A stretch of DNA of 43,891 bases from a virus. Under the pieces are notes generated by a model that did no database searches, was not told the origin of the DNA, and saw only the letters and a program-made list of their open reading frames with translations. Shown here piece after piece: positions 1-6,883 of this stretch. The position numbers and the translations under genes are program-made. Numbering within the stretch: position 1 is the first letter of the stretch; each line of letters begins with the position of its first letter. Location: the IMG/VR virus record IMGVR_UViG_3300037565_000037; one strand, written 5' to 3'.

Positions 1-127
1 TTCGAACAGCGTTCACACCATCAAGCTTTGTGGCCATTGATATAAGTTGCGGGTTCAGACCATGCTGCCGCATTGTTTCGACGCGGGTCTTTCCAGTTCC
101 CCACTCTTTCACCTTTGCGTCGTGAGG
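1..127. repeat. Terminal overlap, identical to 43765..43891
   Basis: Direct base-by-base comparison: ttcgaacagcgttcacacc...cgtcgtgagg present at both ends. Confidence 0.97.
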
Positions 128-1072
128 AACGTAATCAACGCCGCGCTGATATGGTTTTGAGTGGCAAATCTCTGCGTAATGGTCGACACCAGCGCCCGAC
201 GCCGTATAGCAGTCCAGAATGTAGACGCGCCCGCCATACACCTGAAACCACCAGATTGATGTGTCGTCCCTGACACCAATGTCCCAAGCGGTGTGAACAG
301 GTTGGCCAGGGACGGCAACAACCGGCCTGATGCGTCCGTCATTCCTGACTGCCAGCATTTCACGGGCATAGAAAGCACCAAGAATGGCGGCATTGAATGA
401 GCAGAGGTATTCCTGTTCGAATTGGGCCCGCCCAAGGTCTTCGCCGTAAAGCGCCACATATTCGTTCAGGCTGTCTTCTATCTGCTCCGGTGACAGCGCG
501 CCGGTATCATGGATTGATGAAACTTCGGCGAACCAACGCGGATTGTTCCGCGCCATGTTGAACATTGAATACGCGTGATTGCGACCGCGCGGTGTTGTAA
601 TGAACGCCGCCCAGCCGTTGTTCTCTTCCAGCATTGGCCGGTGATAGGCCCACGCCGAAGGATTAGCCAAAGCCCACTCAGAATAGACAATGCCCGCGAC
701 ACCAGCGCCAACAGTTGCATCATATCGATCTGACCCGATGATCTGCCACGTTGACCCGCACTGCATCTCAATGAACATTTCCTGATCATTGGTACGCTTG
801 CGAAGTTCAGGCGGGAATGCCTCGTCTATTCGCTTCTTACCCGTGTGAGCGTTGACAGCAGTCCAAAGCGCCTTTCGTCCTTGGGCATATTCAGGAAGGC
901 AGTGCCAATAAGAGCCAATGCGCTTGTGGGCAAGTTCACACGTTGCCCCGAGGGCAATTTCATCCTTACCCCAGCGTCTATGTGCTATCTCAATCGCACG
1001 AGCGCCAGGCGTGTTGACCAGATACTCATGGAACGCCCGCTGGTACCACCTGATACGACGCTCAAATTCCAT
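1..1072 (-). CDS. terL: Terminase large subunit, N-terminal part (continues across the circular junction into 43487..43891)
   Basis: Not in ORF track because it runs off the edge. Own translation from ATG 1072..1070: MEFERRIRWYQRAFHEYLVNTPGARAIEIAHRRWGKDEIALG...AWDIGVRDDTSIWWFQ...DYVPHDAKVKEWGTGK. It joins in frame to ORF 43487..43876 through the overlap (945+405 nt = 449 aa). TAATG overlap with the upstream ORF. Confidence 0.9.
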   Translation of the reverse strand, partial: MEFERRIRWYQRAFHEYLVNTPGARAIEIAHRRWGKDEIALGATCELAHKRIGSYWHCLPEYAQGRKALWTAVNAHTGKKRIDEAFPPELRKRTNDQEMFIEMQCGSTWQIIGSDRYDATVGAGVAGIVYSEWALANPSAWAYHRPMLEENNGWAAFITTPRGRNHAYSMFNMARNNPRWFAEVSSIHDTGALSPEQIEDSLNEYVALYGEDLGRAQFEQEYLCSFNAAILGAFYAREMLAVRNDGRIRPVVAVPGQPVHTAWDIGVRDDTSIWWFQVYGGRVYILDCYTASGAGVDHYAEICHSKPYQRGVDYVPHDAKVKEWGTGKTRVETMRQHGLNPQLISMATKLDGVNAVR

Positions 1073-1320
1073 TAAGGCTTGTCTTCGTAGACCGTCTTGA
1101 AGGTCATCGTCACATCGCCACTGACGTTTGCGTCCATCGATACAGCTGACAGATCTGGCAATGCTTTGTTCAACAACGCTTTTGCAGCATTAACCTGTGA
1201 TGCGTCCATGATTGGTTTTGGAGATGTCACATGGTCCATGAGGCGCTTAATGATAAGGGTCGTTTGGATTTTCGCCCTTGTCTCTTCGTTGTGCCTGAAA
1301 CCTGCCTTGCGTCCTGCCAT
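1072..1320 (-). CDS. Putative terminase small subunit (82 aa)
   Basis: Immediately upstream of and translationally coupled (TAATG) to terL; basic N-terminus MAGRKAGFRHNEETRAKI; assignment mainly positional. Confidence 0.5.
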   Translation of the reverse strand: MAGRKAGFRHNEETRAKIQTTLIIKRLMDHVTSPKPIMDASQVNAAKALLNKALPDLSAVSMDANVSGDVTMTFKTVYEDKP

Positions 1321-1356
1321 TTTCTTCTCCGGGTTTGAGCCGGTACGTATTCCGGT

Positions 1357-1803
1357 TTATGCGCCTCTGGAATTGTGAAGTCTGAACAGCACGTGACGAA
1401 TGTCGTATACGTTAGCTGTCGTGTGAGTGACCGAGCGCTCTACGCCGTTCCCTTTTGGGAAGGTGACGATACGCCGGTACAGCTCACCGATTTCCCCGCC
1501 AATATCAATCCACGTTTCCAGGTATGTCGTGTTGGCGTTTGTCGGGGTGACTTTAAAATCGAGCGTCCATAGATAGGCATCCCCATCAACGCCCAAGATC
1601 TTTGTGCCGTCATAGAACTGCGCGATATCGCTCGGGAGGTGAGCGTTGCGAATGGTGCCCGCGTTGTTCGGGAGGTTCGTGTCTGTGTTCGCCACCAAGG
1701 CGAGCGGCGAGCCTGACGTATACTGCGTATCGACGTAGTCCGCCCAGCCACTGAACGGAGACTCTATGAGCGAGAAGTCTTCGTATACTGTTTGGATAAC
1801 CAT
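1357..1803 (-). CDS. Hypothetical protein (148 aa)
   Basis: ORF track; TGATG coupling with upstream ORF at 1803. Confidence 0.6.
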   Translation of the reverse strand: MVIQTVYEDFSLIESPFSGWADYVDTQYTSGSPLALVANTDTNLPNNAGTIRNAHLPSDIAQFYDGTKILGVDGDAYLWTLDFKVTPTNANTTYLETWIDIGGEIGELYRRIVTFPKGNGVERSVTHTTANVYDIRHVLFRLHNSRGA

Positions 1804-2087
1804 CAGTGCACCGTCGGCAGGATGACGTTTAGATAAACGTCGCCCTCTCCGTCCTCTTCAAGCTTCAGCTCAAAATCATCTTCGTTGTAGTGGGTGCTGA
1901 GTTCTTCATCCCATTCCAGGACAAAGAAATTGCCAGCTACATGGGAAGGCTGAAGAATGGTCACAGCCTCATCCATGCCGTTTCTGAAAAGCTCTACCTC
2001 TCCGCTTCCTTTGACCATGTAGGCGTCAACGAGAAACATACGCTCTGTTCCGTCTTCGCTTTCGGCGTAGACAAAGAGCTGAGGCAT
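1803..2087 (-). CDS. Hypothetical acidic protein (94 aa)
   Basis: ORF track; AGGAGGG 7 nt upstream of ATG 2087. Confidence 0.65.
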   Translation of the reverse strand: MPQLFVYAESEDGTERMFLVDAYMVKGSGEVELFRNGMDEAVTILQPSHVAGNFFVLEWDEELSTHYNEDDFELKLEEDGEGDVYLNVILPTVH

Positions 2088-2101
2088 GAACTGCCCTCCT
2101 G

Positions 2102-2140
2102 AATGAGAAAACCCGCCCCACCACTAAGGATGAGACGGGT
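2102..2140 (-). terminator. Intrinsic terminator closing the tRNA/ncRNA transcription unit
   Basis: Minus-strand RNA ACCCGUCUC-12 nt loop-GGGGCGGGU (9 bp including 2 G:U) followed by UUUUCUCAUUC. On the plus strand the same positions are C:A mismatches, so the hairpin is minus-strand specific. Confidence 0.75.
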
Positions 2141-2477
2141 CTTGGCGAACTCCATTACGGAGATTAGTCAGCGGCGACCGGGTGAGAAAGGTATCGCCAA
2201 TCCTTCGGGCGGTGTTGCGAGCACCGTTTGCCCCTTATCGACTTACACCGGGATAACCCAGATGCGACCGCTGATCTAAGCGACCCCTCGGTATTGAGCC
2301 TCTACCTCTCTGATCAGGAGAATGGGGCAGAAGCCTGAGGGGTCTATGGGGTCGGGACTCTCTCCAGTTGAGTTACGATTGCTTTCAAGCCGTGCACGGC
2401 CTAACGCTCCACAATCGACGGGGCTCGAACCCGCATCTCCCGATCTCTTTGCGCCTGCTCTAGGGCAATGCGCTGAA
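2141..2477 (-). ncRNA. Unclassified structured noncoding RNA containing a permuted tRNA-like module
   Basis: No credible ORF. Many local helices on the minus strand: GACCCCUC/GAGGGGUC 8 bp, CUGGG-UUAU-CCCGG, CGGUG-CUCGCAA-CACCG, GGCGA-18 nt-UCGCC, CUCC-GUAAU-GGAG. Sits between tRNA-Asn and the terminator. Confidence 0.6.
2343..2446 (-). ncRNA. Circularly permuted tRNA-like module (positions 37-73, 27-nt capped spacer, positions 1-39)
   Basis: T arm GCGGG-TTCGAGC-CCCGT (2434..2418). Acceptor 3' strand CGATTGT (2417..2411). Spacer hairpin GCCG-TGCA-CGGC (2400..2389). Acceptor 5' strand GCAATCG (2382..2376) pairs 7/7. D arm ACTC-AACTGGAGA-GAGT. CCGAC (2355..2351) pairs with ATCGG (2444..2440). 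No CCA encoded. Confidence 0.6.
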
Positions 2478-2553
2478 TGGCTGGACCGGCAGGACTCGAA
2501 CCTGCGACATGGTGGTTAACAGCCACCCGCTCTACCAGCTGAGCTACGGACCA
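2478..2553 (-). tRNA. tRNA-Asn (anticodon GTT), 76 nt, CCA encoded
   Basis: Hand-folded cloverleaf: TGGTCCG-TA-GCTC-AGCTGGTA-GAGC-G-GGTGG-CTGTTAA-CCACC-ATGTC-GCAGG-TTCGAGT-CCTGC-CGGTCCA-G-CCA; one U:U mismatch at 4:69. Confidence 0.85.
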
Positions 2554-2560
2554 TTTTGCC

Positions 2561-2634
2561 TGGTTCCCGCGCTTGGATTCGAACCAAGATTTGCGGAGCC
2601 AAAATCCGCTGTCCTACCGTTAGACGACACAGGA
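2561..2634 (-). tRNA. tRNA-Gln (anticodon TTG), 74 nt, CCA encoded
   Basis: TCCTGTG-TC-GTC-TAACGGTAG-GAC-A-GCGGA-TTTTGGC-TCCGC-AAAT-CTTGG-TTCGAAT-CCAAG-CGCGGGA-A-CCA; two G:U pairs in the acceptor stem. Confidence 0.8.
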
Positions 2635-2653
2635 CAACGTTATTGTCGAAACT

Positions 2654-2728
2654 TGGCAAAGGTGGAGGGATTCGAACCCCCATCTTTGGTTTTGGAGACC
2701 AACGTCATAGCCATTAGACCACACCGAT
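2654..2728 (-). tRNA. tRNA-Trp-like (anticodon CCA), 75 nt, weak acceptor stem
   Basis: ATCGGTG-TG-GTCT-AATGGCTA-TGAC-G-TTGGT-CTCCAAA-ACCAA-AGAT-GGGGG-TTCGAAT-CCCTC-CACCTTT-G-CCA; mismatches at 2:71 and 3:70. Confidence 0.6.
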
Positions 2729-2829
2729 GCATGGTCAACGCCAGAGCTGAATAGGGTCAGGAGAAATGAAGGGCGCAATCTCGCGGCCAAAGCCTGGATC
2801 ATTCTCTTTCATCGCGCTCTCCTGTGAAT

Positions 2830-2902
2830 TGGAGGCCTGCCGGGAATCGAACCCGGAACCCAGAAGCCTGAGCCACCGGCTCTACCATTGAGCTACAAGG
2901 CC
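2830..2902 (-). pseudogene. Degenerate tRNA-like gene (Gly-type backbone, 73 nt)
   Basis: Good D arm (GCTC-AATGGTA-GAGC) and T arm (CCGGG-TTCGATT-CCCGG), T-CCA end. The acceptor has a bulged T, and the anticodon stem GGTGG/TTCTG has no Watson-Crick pairs (loop CTCAGGC). Confidence 0.5.
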
Positions 2903-2934
2903 ATAATTCCTGATCGGTCACAGTTCTCCGATCA

Positions 2935-3519
2935 TCATTTGCCGTCAAATACACGCACGGCTGACATTGTACTCTCAGAGATACCATAATTTGCCAACCT
3001 TGCCAACCGTCTTTTGTACTTTTCTTCCTTATCATGCAAAATTTGTGCACGGACTTGTTCAGGAGTGCATTTTTCGTGCGAGTCCGTCGCGTAGAACAGG
3101 CTTCTTGCCAAATCCCACACTTCCTGCCTGATATCCTCAGTCGGGAAATGCCTGTTCAACTTCAAGCCAGTTTCAATGGTTGCGATGTATGCTTCTTCCA
3201 TTGCCTCTTTTGGGCTAATAGAGAACCACTCACCTGCTGAGTGCAAACCGGCAGCGCAGAGCTTATTGTGCAGATGCTTTTCCATCTGTCGGGCCTGATG
3301 AACTGTCTCAAGCCAAAAGCTGCCATGGATCTTTACCGGCTCCCAGCAACCTGTCTGGATGCCTCCAAGCCTTTTGTAAGCGTTGATCGAAATGCCTATC
3401 TTTGTGACAGACTTCTCTTCAGGGCCAACGAAATAAATATGGCAATGAGGGAGCTTGTATTTTTTGAAGTCGATCAGCCAGGACAGAGCCTCAATATCGC
3501 TCGACCAATCCTGCACCAT
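2935..3519 (-). CDS. T5orf172 / GIY-YIG-superfamily domain protein
   Basis: Motif pattern IYFVG...VTKIGISINAYKRLGGIQTG...HLHNKL...GEWF recalled as the T5orf172 domain. Start chosen at ATG 3519 (1 nt after the upstream stop); the ORF is open to 3627. Confidence 0.6.
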   Translation of the reverse strand: MVQDWSSDIEALSWLIDFKKYKLPHCHIYFVGPEEKSVTKIGISINAYKRLGGIQTGCWEPVKIHGSFWLETVHQARQMEKHLHNKLCAAGLHSAGEWFSISPKEAMEEAYIATIETGLKLNRHFPTEDIRQEVWDLARSLFYATDSHEKCTPEQVRAQILHDKEEKYKRRLARLANYGISESTMSAVRVFDGK

Positions 3520-3520
3520 T

Positions 3521-3955
3521 TCACTTCTTTGGTTCTGCACCTGTTCTGAACGCATTAAACCATGCCTCCTGTACCGCATCTCTGTAACGACGCCGCATCG
3601 TCTCGTCGCTACGACCAACGCGATCACCCATTTGCTTGAAGCTTAAGTCAAAAGAACGCCACCAGATCAAACTCCAAGCTTTCTTTTCGAGTCCTCGCGT
3701 CCAACTCAAAGCAATTATACAGTCTGACACGTCAAAAGGCTTTGGTGTAAACCTGTTATCCACCTCTTCTACACTATTATATGCATCAATTGCATCTTGA
3801 ACATACTCAGGCCATCCGTTGTTATATCTTTGAAACCTGCGCTCTTTGTCTGGCATAGAGCGAAGTGTCTTCATGGCTCGGAGCAAGCGCTCTTCCACCT
3901 CGTTAATGGTTACCCTTGTTTCCGGTGCCGTTGATTTAATCGCCGCATTGTTCAT
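3521..3955 (-). CDS. Putative late-gene transcriptional activator (sigma70 region-4-like HTH)
   Basis: C-terminal LSFKQMGDRVGRSDETMRRRYRDAV resembles a region-4 HTH; last regulatory-looking gene before the RNA array and late operon. Confidence 0.35.
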   Translation of the reverse strand: MNNAAIKSTAPETRVTINEVEERLLRAMKTLRSMPDKERRFQRYNNGWPEYVQDAIDAYNSVEEVDNRFTPKPFDVSDCIIALSWTRGLEKKAWSLIWWRSFDLSFKQMGDRVGRSDETMRRRYRDAVQEAWFNAFRTGAEPKK

Positions 3956-3973
3956 TCTGCTCGCCCTGCTCCG

Positions 3974-4264
3974 TCAGCTCTTGCCGAAAACCTTTGCCGC
4001 CAACTCCTCGGATTCCTGCCGAGCCGTCAGCTTTTTCTTTTTGGCGTTTACGGATGAGGCAGCGGACTTTTCTAACTCACGGCACCGCCTCTCTAATGCG
4101 CCCGCACGTTGGCGCTGTTCGTCCCTTTCAGCTTCCGCCAAGATGCGACGGGACCGCTCGTATCTGGCAATGTCCTCATCGGTCGCACCTGGACTGTATG
4201 CGGCCTGCTGGAACTTCGACAGATAGGCTCGCGCCGTCTCTATCCTGTCTTGGATGTCATCCAT
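3974..4264 (-). CDS. Hypothetical coiled-coil protein (96 aa)
   Basis: ORF track; charged heptad-like sequence. Confidence 0.55.
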   Translation of the reverse strand: MDDIQDRIETARAYLSKFQQAAYSPGATDEDIARYERSRRILAEAERDEQRQRAGALERRCRELEKSAASSVNAKKKKLTARQESEELAAKVFGKS

Positions 4265-4286
4265 GCCTTGCCCCTTGCCATGCCGC

Positions 4287-4607
4287 TTATTCCTTGTCCC
4301 TTAGTTTCCTAAGCTCCCCCGCCGCTTGCTCCATCGCATCTGCAAGGCGGCTGAGATATGAATTCGAAATTCTGGTGTCCATCCAAGGCGGCAAGCCTTC
4401 AGGTGGCCGAGTGCCCTTCGACAAATACGAAAGCTCGTCCACCAGATCGCGCCTGAAGTCTTCAACTATCTGGCTCACGCAACCTCCTGACAGTTCAACC
4501 GTTGCCTCTAGATCAATTCCCGTGTCTTTGCGCCCAGACTGAAACGCCGCCAGTATCTCAACGTCTGAGACAGGAAGAATGATCTCGCTCTCTTCGTTGT
4601 CGTTCAT
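4287..4607 (-). CDS. Hypothetical acidic protein (106 aa)
   Basis: Start moved to the internal ATG 4607 (MNDNEESE...), which forms a TGATG overlap with the upstream ORF. Confidence 0.55.
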   Translation of the reverse strand: MNDNEESEIILPVSDVEILAAFQSGRKDTGIDLEATVELSGGCVSQIVEDFRRDLVDELSYLSKGTRPPEGLPPWMDTRISNSYLSRLADAMEQAAGELRKLRDKE

Positions 4608-4807
4608 CAGAAAAGTTCCTGGAAATCCTTTGTCCGCCTCATTGTCTTCCTGACCAGTGGTTTGACGTGCAGGCGGTAGATGTGGAGAACGCGACCCCGC
4701 CCCCACCTCTGCTGAGTGGCTGCAATGCCTTTGTTGATGTCGCCACATGCCTTGATGTTGCAGATGAGATCGCAGCGGCATTTCCAGTTATTCGAGCCAC
4801 GGATCAT
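4607..4807 (-). CDS. Hypothetical basic Cys-rich protein (66 aa)
   Basis: ORF track; ATGA overlap with the upstream ORF at 4804..4807. Confidence 0.5.
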   Translation of the reverse strand: MIRGSNNWKCRCDLICNIKACGDINKGIAATQQRWGRGRVLHIYRLHVKPLVRKTMRRTKDFQELF

Positions 4808-5154
4808 TGACCTTTTTCTGCGATAAAATAGGTAGAGCCGTTTGGAAACATGTCGGTGTTGTTTCCTGTTCGTCGGTCACAAGCCGTCTCAATGGCATTC
4901 GCGAACCAGCCAAAGACCAAATCAACATCAGACGGGTCTTTGCAGATTTGCACGAACGCCTCTGCCCATTTCTGAGCGTCATCACCGCAGATTTTGTTCA
5001 GCTCTGACCCCACAAGTCTTGTGTAATCAGTTGCGCGAAGCTTGAGCTGACGGCTTTCCTCCCACTCCGCTTCTCCGAGGGTTCTGACCCTGGCAATCAT
5101 CTCTCCGCCAATAAACACCTCGTACTGACCCAGCTCGTTCTGACAGATTGCCAT
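4804..5154 (-). CDS. Hypothetical protein (116 aa)
   Basis: ORF track; coupled to the downstream ORF. Confidence 0.6.
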   Translation of the reverse strand: MAICQNELGQYEVFIGGEMIARVRTLGEAEWEESRQLKLRATDYTRLVGSELNKICGDDAQKWAEAFVQICKDPSDVDLVFGWFANAIETACDRRTGNNTDMFPNGSTYFIAEKGQ

Positions 5155-5184
5155 CGCCGCTTCCTTTGCCTTGAGAGATTTATG

Positions 5185-5367
5185 TCAATCCTCTTCCGTG
5201 CCGTATCTGTGATTAACTACGTCTCCGATATGCACGTCGTTGCCTCGAAATGCAGCTATGATCGCCATGGCAAACACAACCAGCCATTTCAGAACAATGG
5301 CCGCGCCAAGAGTTATCCCGAGCCAAACCCAGAAGCTGGAAACGTAGAATTGAAGGATCTCAAGCAT
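5185..5367 (-). CDS. Small membrane protein (60 aa, 2 predicted TM)
   Basis: Hydrophobic stretches FYVSSFWVWLGITLGAAIVL and LVVFAMAIIAAF. Confidence 0.5.
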   Translation of the reverse strand: MLEILQFYVSSFWVWLGITLGAAIVLKWLVVFAMAIIAAFRGNDVHIGDVVNHRYGTEED

Positions 5368-5376
5368 GTGCGTCTC

Positions 5377-5577
5377 CTATTCGCCAGCCTTTGGCTTGAC
5401 GTTGATGCGGTAAGCGCCTTTGTCATCTGACAGCCTCAGCCATGGCAGCAAAACGTCTGCCGATGCTTTTTCAACGTAATTAAACGGCTGGTGCTTGCCG
5501 CTCTTCGAAATGAAGACGTTGATGAAATACCGCCCAATCCTTTGCCTGTTATCCAAGAAGATTGGCTGAGCAAACAT
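5377..5577 (-). CDS. Hypothetical protein (66 aa)
   Basis: Start moved to ATG 5577 preceded by GGAGGGGG. Confidence 0.5.
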   Translation of the reverse strand: MFAQPIFLDNRQRIGRYFINVFISKSGKHQPFNYVEKASADVLLPWLRLSDDKGAYRINVKPKAGE

Positions 5578-5579
5578 TG

Positions 5580-6083
5580 TCACCCCCTCCACTCACACAT
5601 GAACGGGATCTCGTCATCCATCGGAGCACTTCCCCCACCATATCCGCTTGGTCCATTTGAACCTGTATTCTGGGTCATATGGTCCTGTGCCGGTCGGTAC
5701 GTCTGGGTATAATCGCTCTGGCGTTGTTCTGATGTGCCGTTGCTGTTTCCGTCCAGCATGACGAGCTTGGCGTCAAAGCCTTGCAGAATGCATTCCGTCG
5801 AATAGCGGTCTTGGCCTGGTTGGTCCTGCCACTTTCTGGTCTGCCATTTTCCGGTTACCAGTATTTTCGAACCTTTGCGGAGATACTGTTCCGCGATCTT
5901 GCAAAGGCCCTCGGAGAAAATAACAACGGGTATCCATTCCGTCTTTTCCCGGCGCTCTCCGCTCTGGTCGCGCCATTTTTCGGTAACGGCAATGCGGAGG
6001 TTGGCGATGGGCTTACCTGCCTGAGTTCGTCTAAGCTCAGGGTCAGCGCCCAGATTGCCGATAAAGGTGCATTGGTTGTACAT
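5580..6083 (-). CDS. ssb: Single-stranded DNA-binding protein with extended C-terminus
   Basis: OB-fold N-terminus MYNQCTFIGNLGADPELRRTQAGKPIANLRIAV..., Gly-rich linker, acidic tip DDEIPF followed by 6 extra residues MCEWRG. Confidence 0.85.
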   Translation of the reverse strand: MYNQCTFIGNLGADPELRRTQAGKPIANLRIAVTEKWRDQSGERREKTEWIPVVIFSEGLCKIAEQYLRKGSKILVTGKWQTRKWQDQPGQDRYSTECILQGFDAKLVMLDGNSNGTSEQRQSDYTQTYRPAQDHMTQNTGSNGPSGYGGGSAPMDDEIPFMCEWRG

Positions 6084-6092
6084 GTGGGTTCC

Positions 6093-6308
6093 TTACGATC
6101 CAAGTTTTAACCGGCCAGAGGCGACGGCCTCCATAATCGTCTGAGCACGGTCGGCTGCCGTCCAAAAGCGCCATGGTCCTCCCCGATGCTTCACCGCCAT
6201 TCGCTCCCCGTCTTCAGCCAGGACGATTTTCGCGTACATGCCGATTGAGTGATTGAACCCGAGGCTCTCAACCACCTTCAGTTTCTTGCCATCGACCTCA
6301 ATAGCCAT
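6093..6308 (-). CDS. Hypothetical protein (71 aa)
   Basis: Start moved to ATG 6308 preceded by AGGAG. Confidence 0.5.
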   Translation of the reverse strand: MAIEVDGKKLKVVESLGFNHSIGMYAKIVLAEDGERMAVKHRGGPWRFWTAADRAQTIMEAVASGRLKLGS

Positions 6309-6319
6309 CGTCTCAGCTC

Positions 6320-6883
6320 CTATGCTGCGTCCCAAAGCTGGCCAGTTGACCGGGTGAGGTGATCGCGGGCAGCATCTTCAAGCCTCTGCGCGTTGAGCAA
6401 CGCAGTCGCGTAGTCGAACGGTTCTTCTACGTCTCCCATATCTGCCCGCTTCAACAGCAAGATTGCCCGTATTTTGTGCGCCCTCAGAAGGGCCTTGAGA
6501 TGCTCCCTGCACTCGTACCGGCTCTTTGCCTTGTTATCCTCGACCTCGTAGTTCCGGAGCGGCTTGAACATGTCCAGACCGCGAACGCCGTGGTTCCACC
6601 TGTCGCGCAACGCATTCACGCTCACACCAATCTCCTGAGAAATCATCTGTATAGTGTAAGCTTTCCCGTCGTGATAAACGATTGCTTCGGGCAACTTGAA
6701 AGCAAGTTTCCCCAATATCTTCTTGTTTTTTTTGCGCCACAGAAATATTTCGTACGGCAAACCAGCATCATTACAAAACTCACGTGCCGTTTTTGTCACG
6801 CCATCGACTTTGTAATACTCGTCCAGTGCTTCACGATCTTCTTTTTCGCGCTGTGCTGTTGTTACGTTGTCCATTGCTCTCAT
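6320..6883 (-). CDS. Hypothetical protein (187 aa)
   Basis: ORF track; ATGA coupling at 6880..6883. Confidence 0.6.
   Translation of the reverse strand: MRAMDNVTTAQREKEDREALDEYYKVDGVTKTAREFCNDAGLPYEIFLWRKKNKKILGKLAFKLPEAIVYHDGKAYTIQMISQEIGVSVNALRDRWNHGVRGLDMFKPLRNYEVEDNKAKSRYECREHLKALLRAHKIRAILLLKRADMGDVEEPFDYATALLNAQRLEDAARDHLTRSTGQLWDAA

Noticed and set aside
1-127. Biological direct terminal repeat (T7-like DTR)
   Set aside because: The repeat lies inside the terL coding sequence, which reads through it in frame, and its length equals a typical assembler k-mer. It is interpreted as contig circularisation overlap.
2141-2351. Group I intron (normal or permuted intron-exon) interrupting a tRNA(CAU)
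   Set aside because: The 5' part ends in U and a G precedes position 37, which is compatible with group I splice rules, and short strings resemble Azoarcus-type core segments from memory. Against this, no 3' exon follows the long RNA and the upstream fragment is only about 31 nt. The only complement to the exon end (GTGGGG) lies in the terminator stem, far from the 5' end. The evidence is insufficient.
2102-2477. Two-piece (permuted) tmRNA gene
   Set aside because: The gene order resembles alphaproteobacterial permuted ssrA. However, the acceptor stem has A3:U70 rather than G3:U70, the discriminator is G and no CCA is encoded. The only frame starting GCA-AAC (A-N...) runs 35 codons to a TAG in the terminator loop, with no hydrophobic LAA-type end. 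A real D stem is present, unlike tmRNA. It is kept as a test to run, not as a call.
2322-2802. ORF-track entries 2322..2519+, 2509..2754+ and 2620..2802-
   Set aside because: They run through the tRNA genes and structured RNA, and their translations look like tRNA-shadow artefacts.
2735-2812. 25-codon minus-strand ORF between the fourth tRNA-like gene and tRNA-Trp (MKENDPGFGREIAPFISPDPIQLWR) with an AGGAGA RBS
   Set aside because: It is too short, has no recognisable features and lies inside an RNA-gene array. It cannot be supported from sequence alone.
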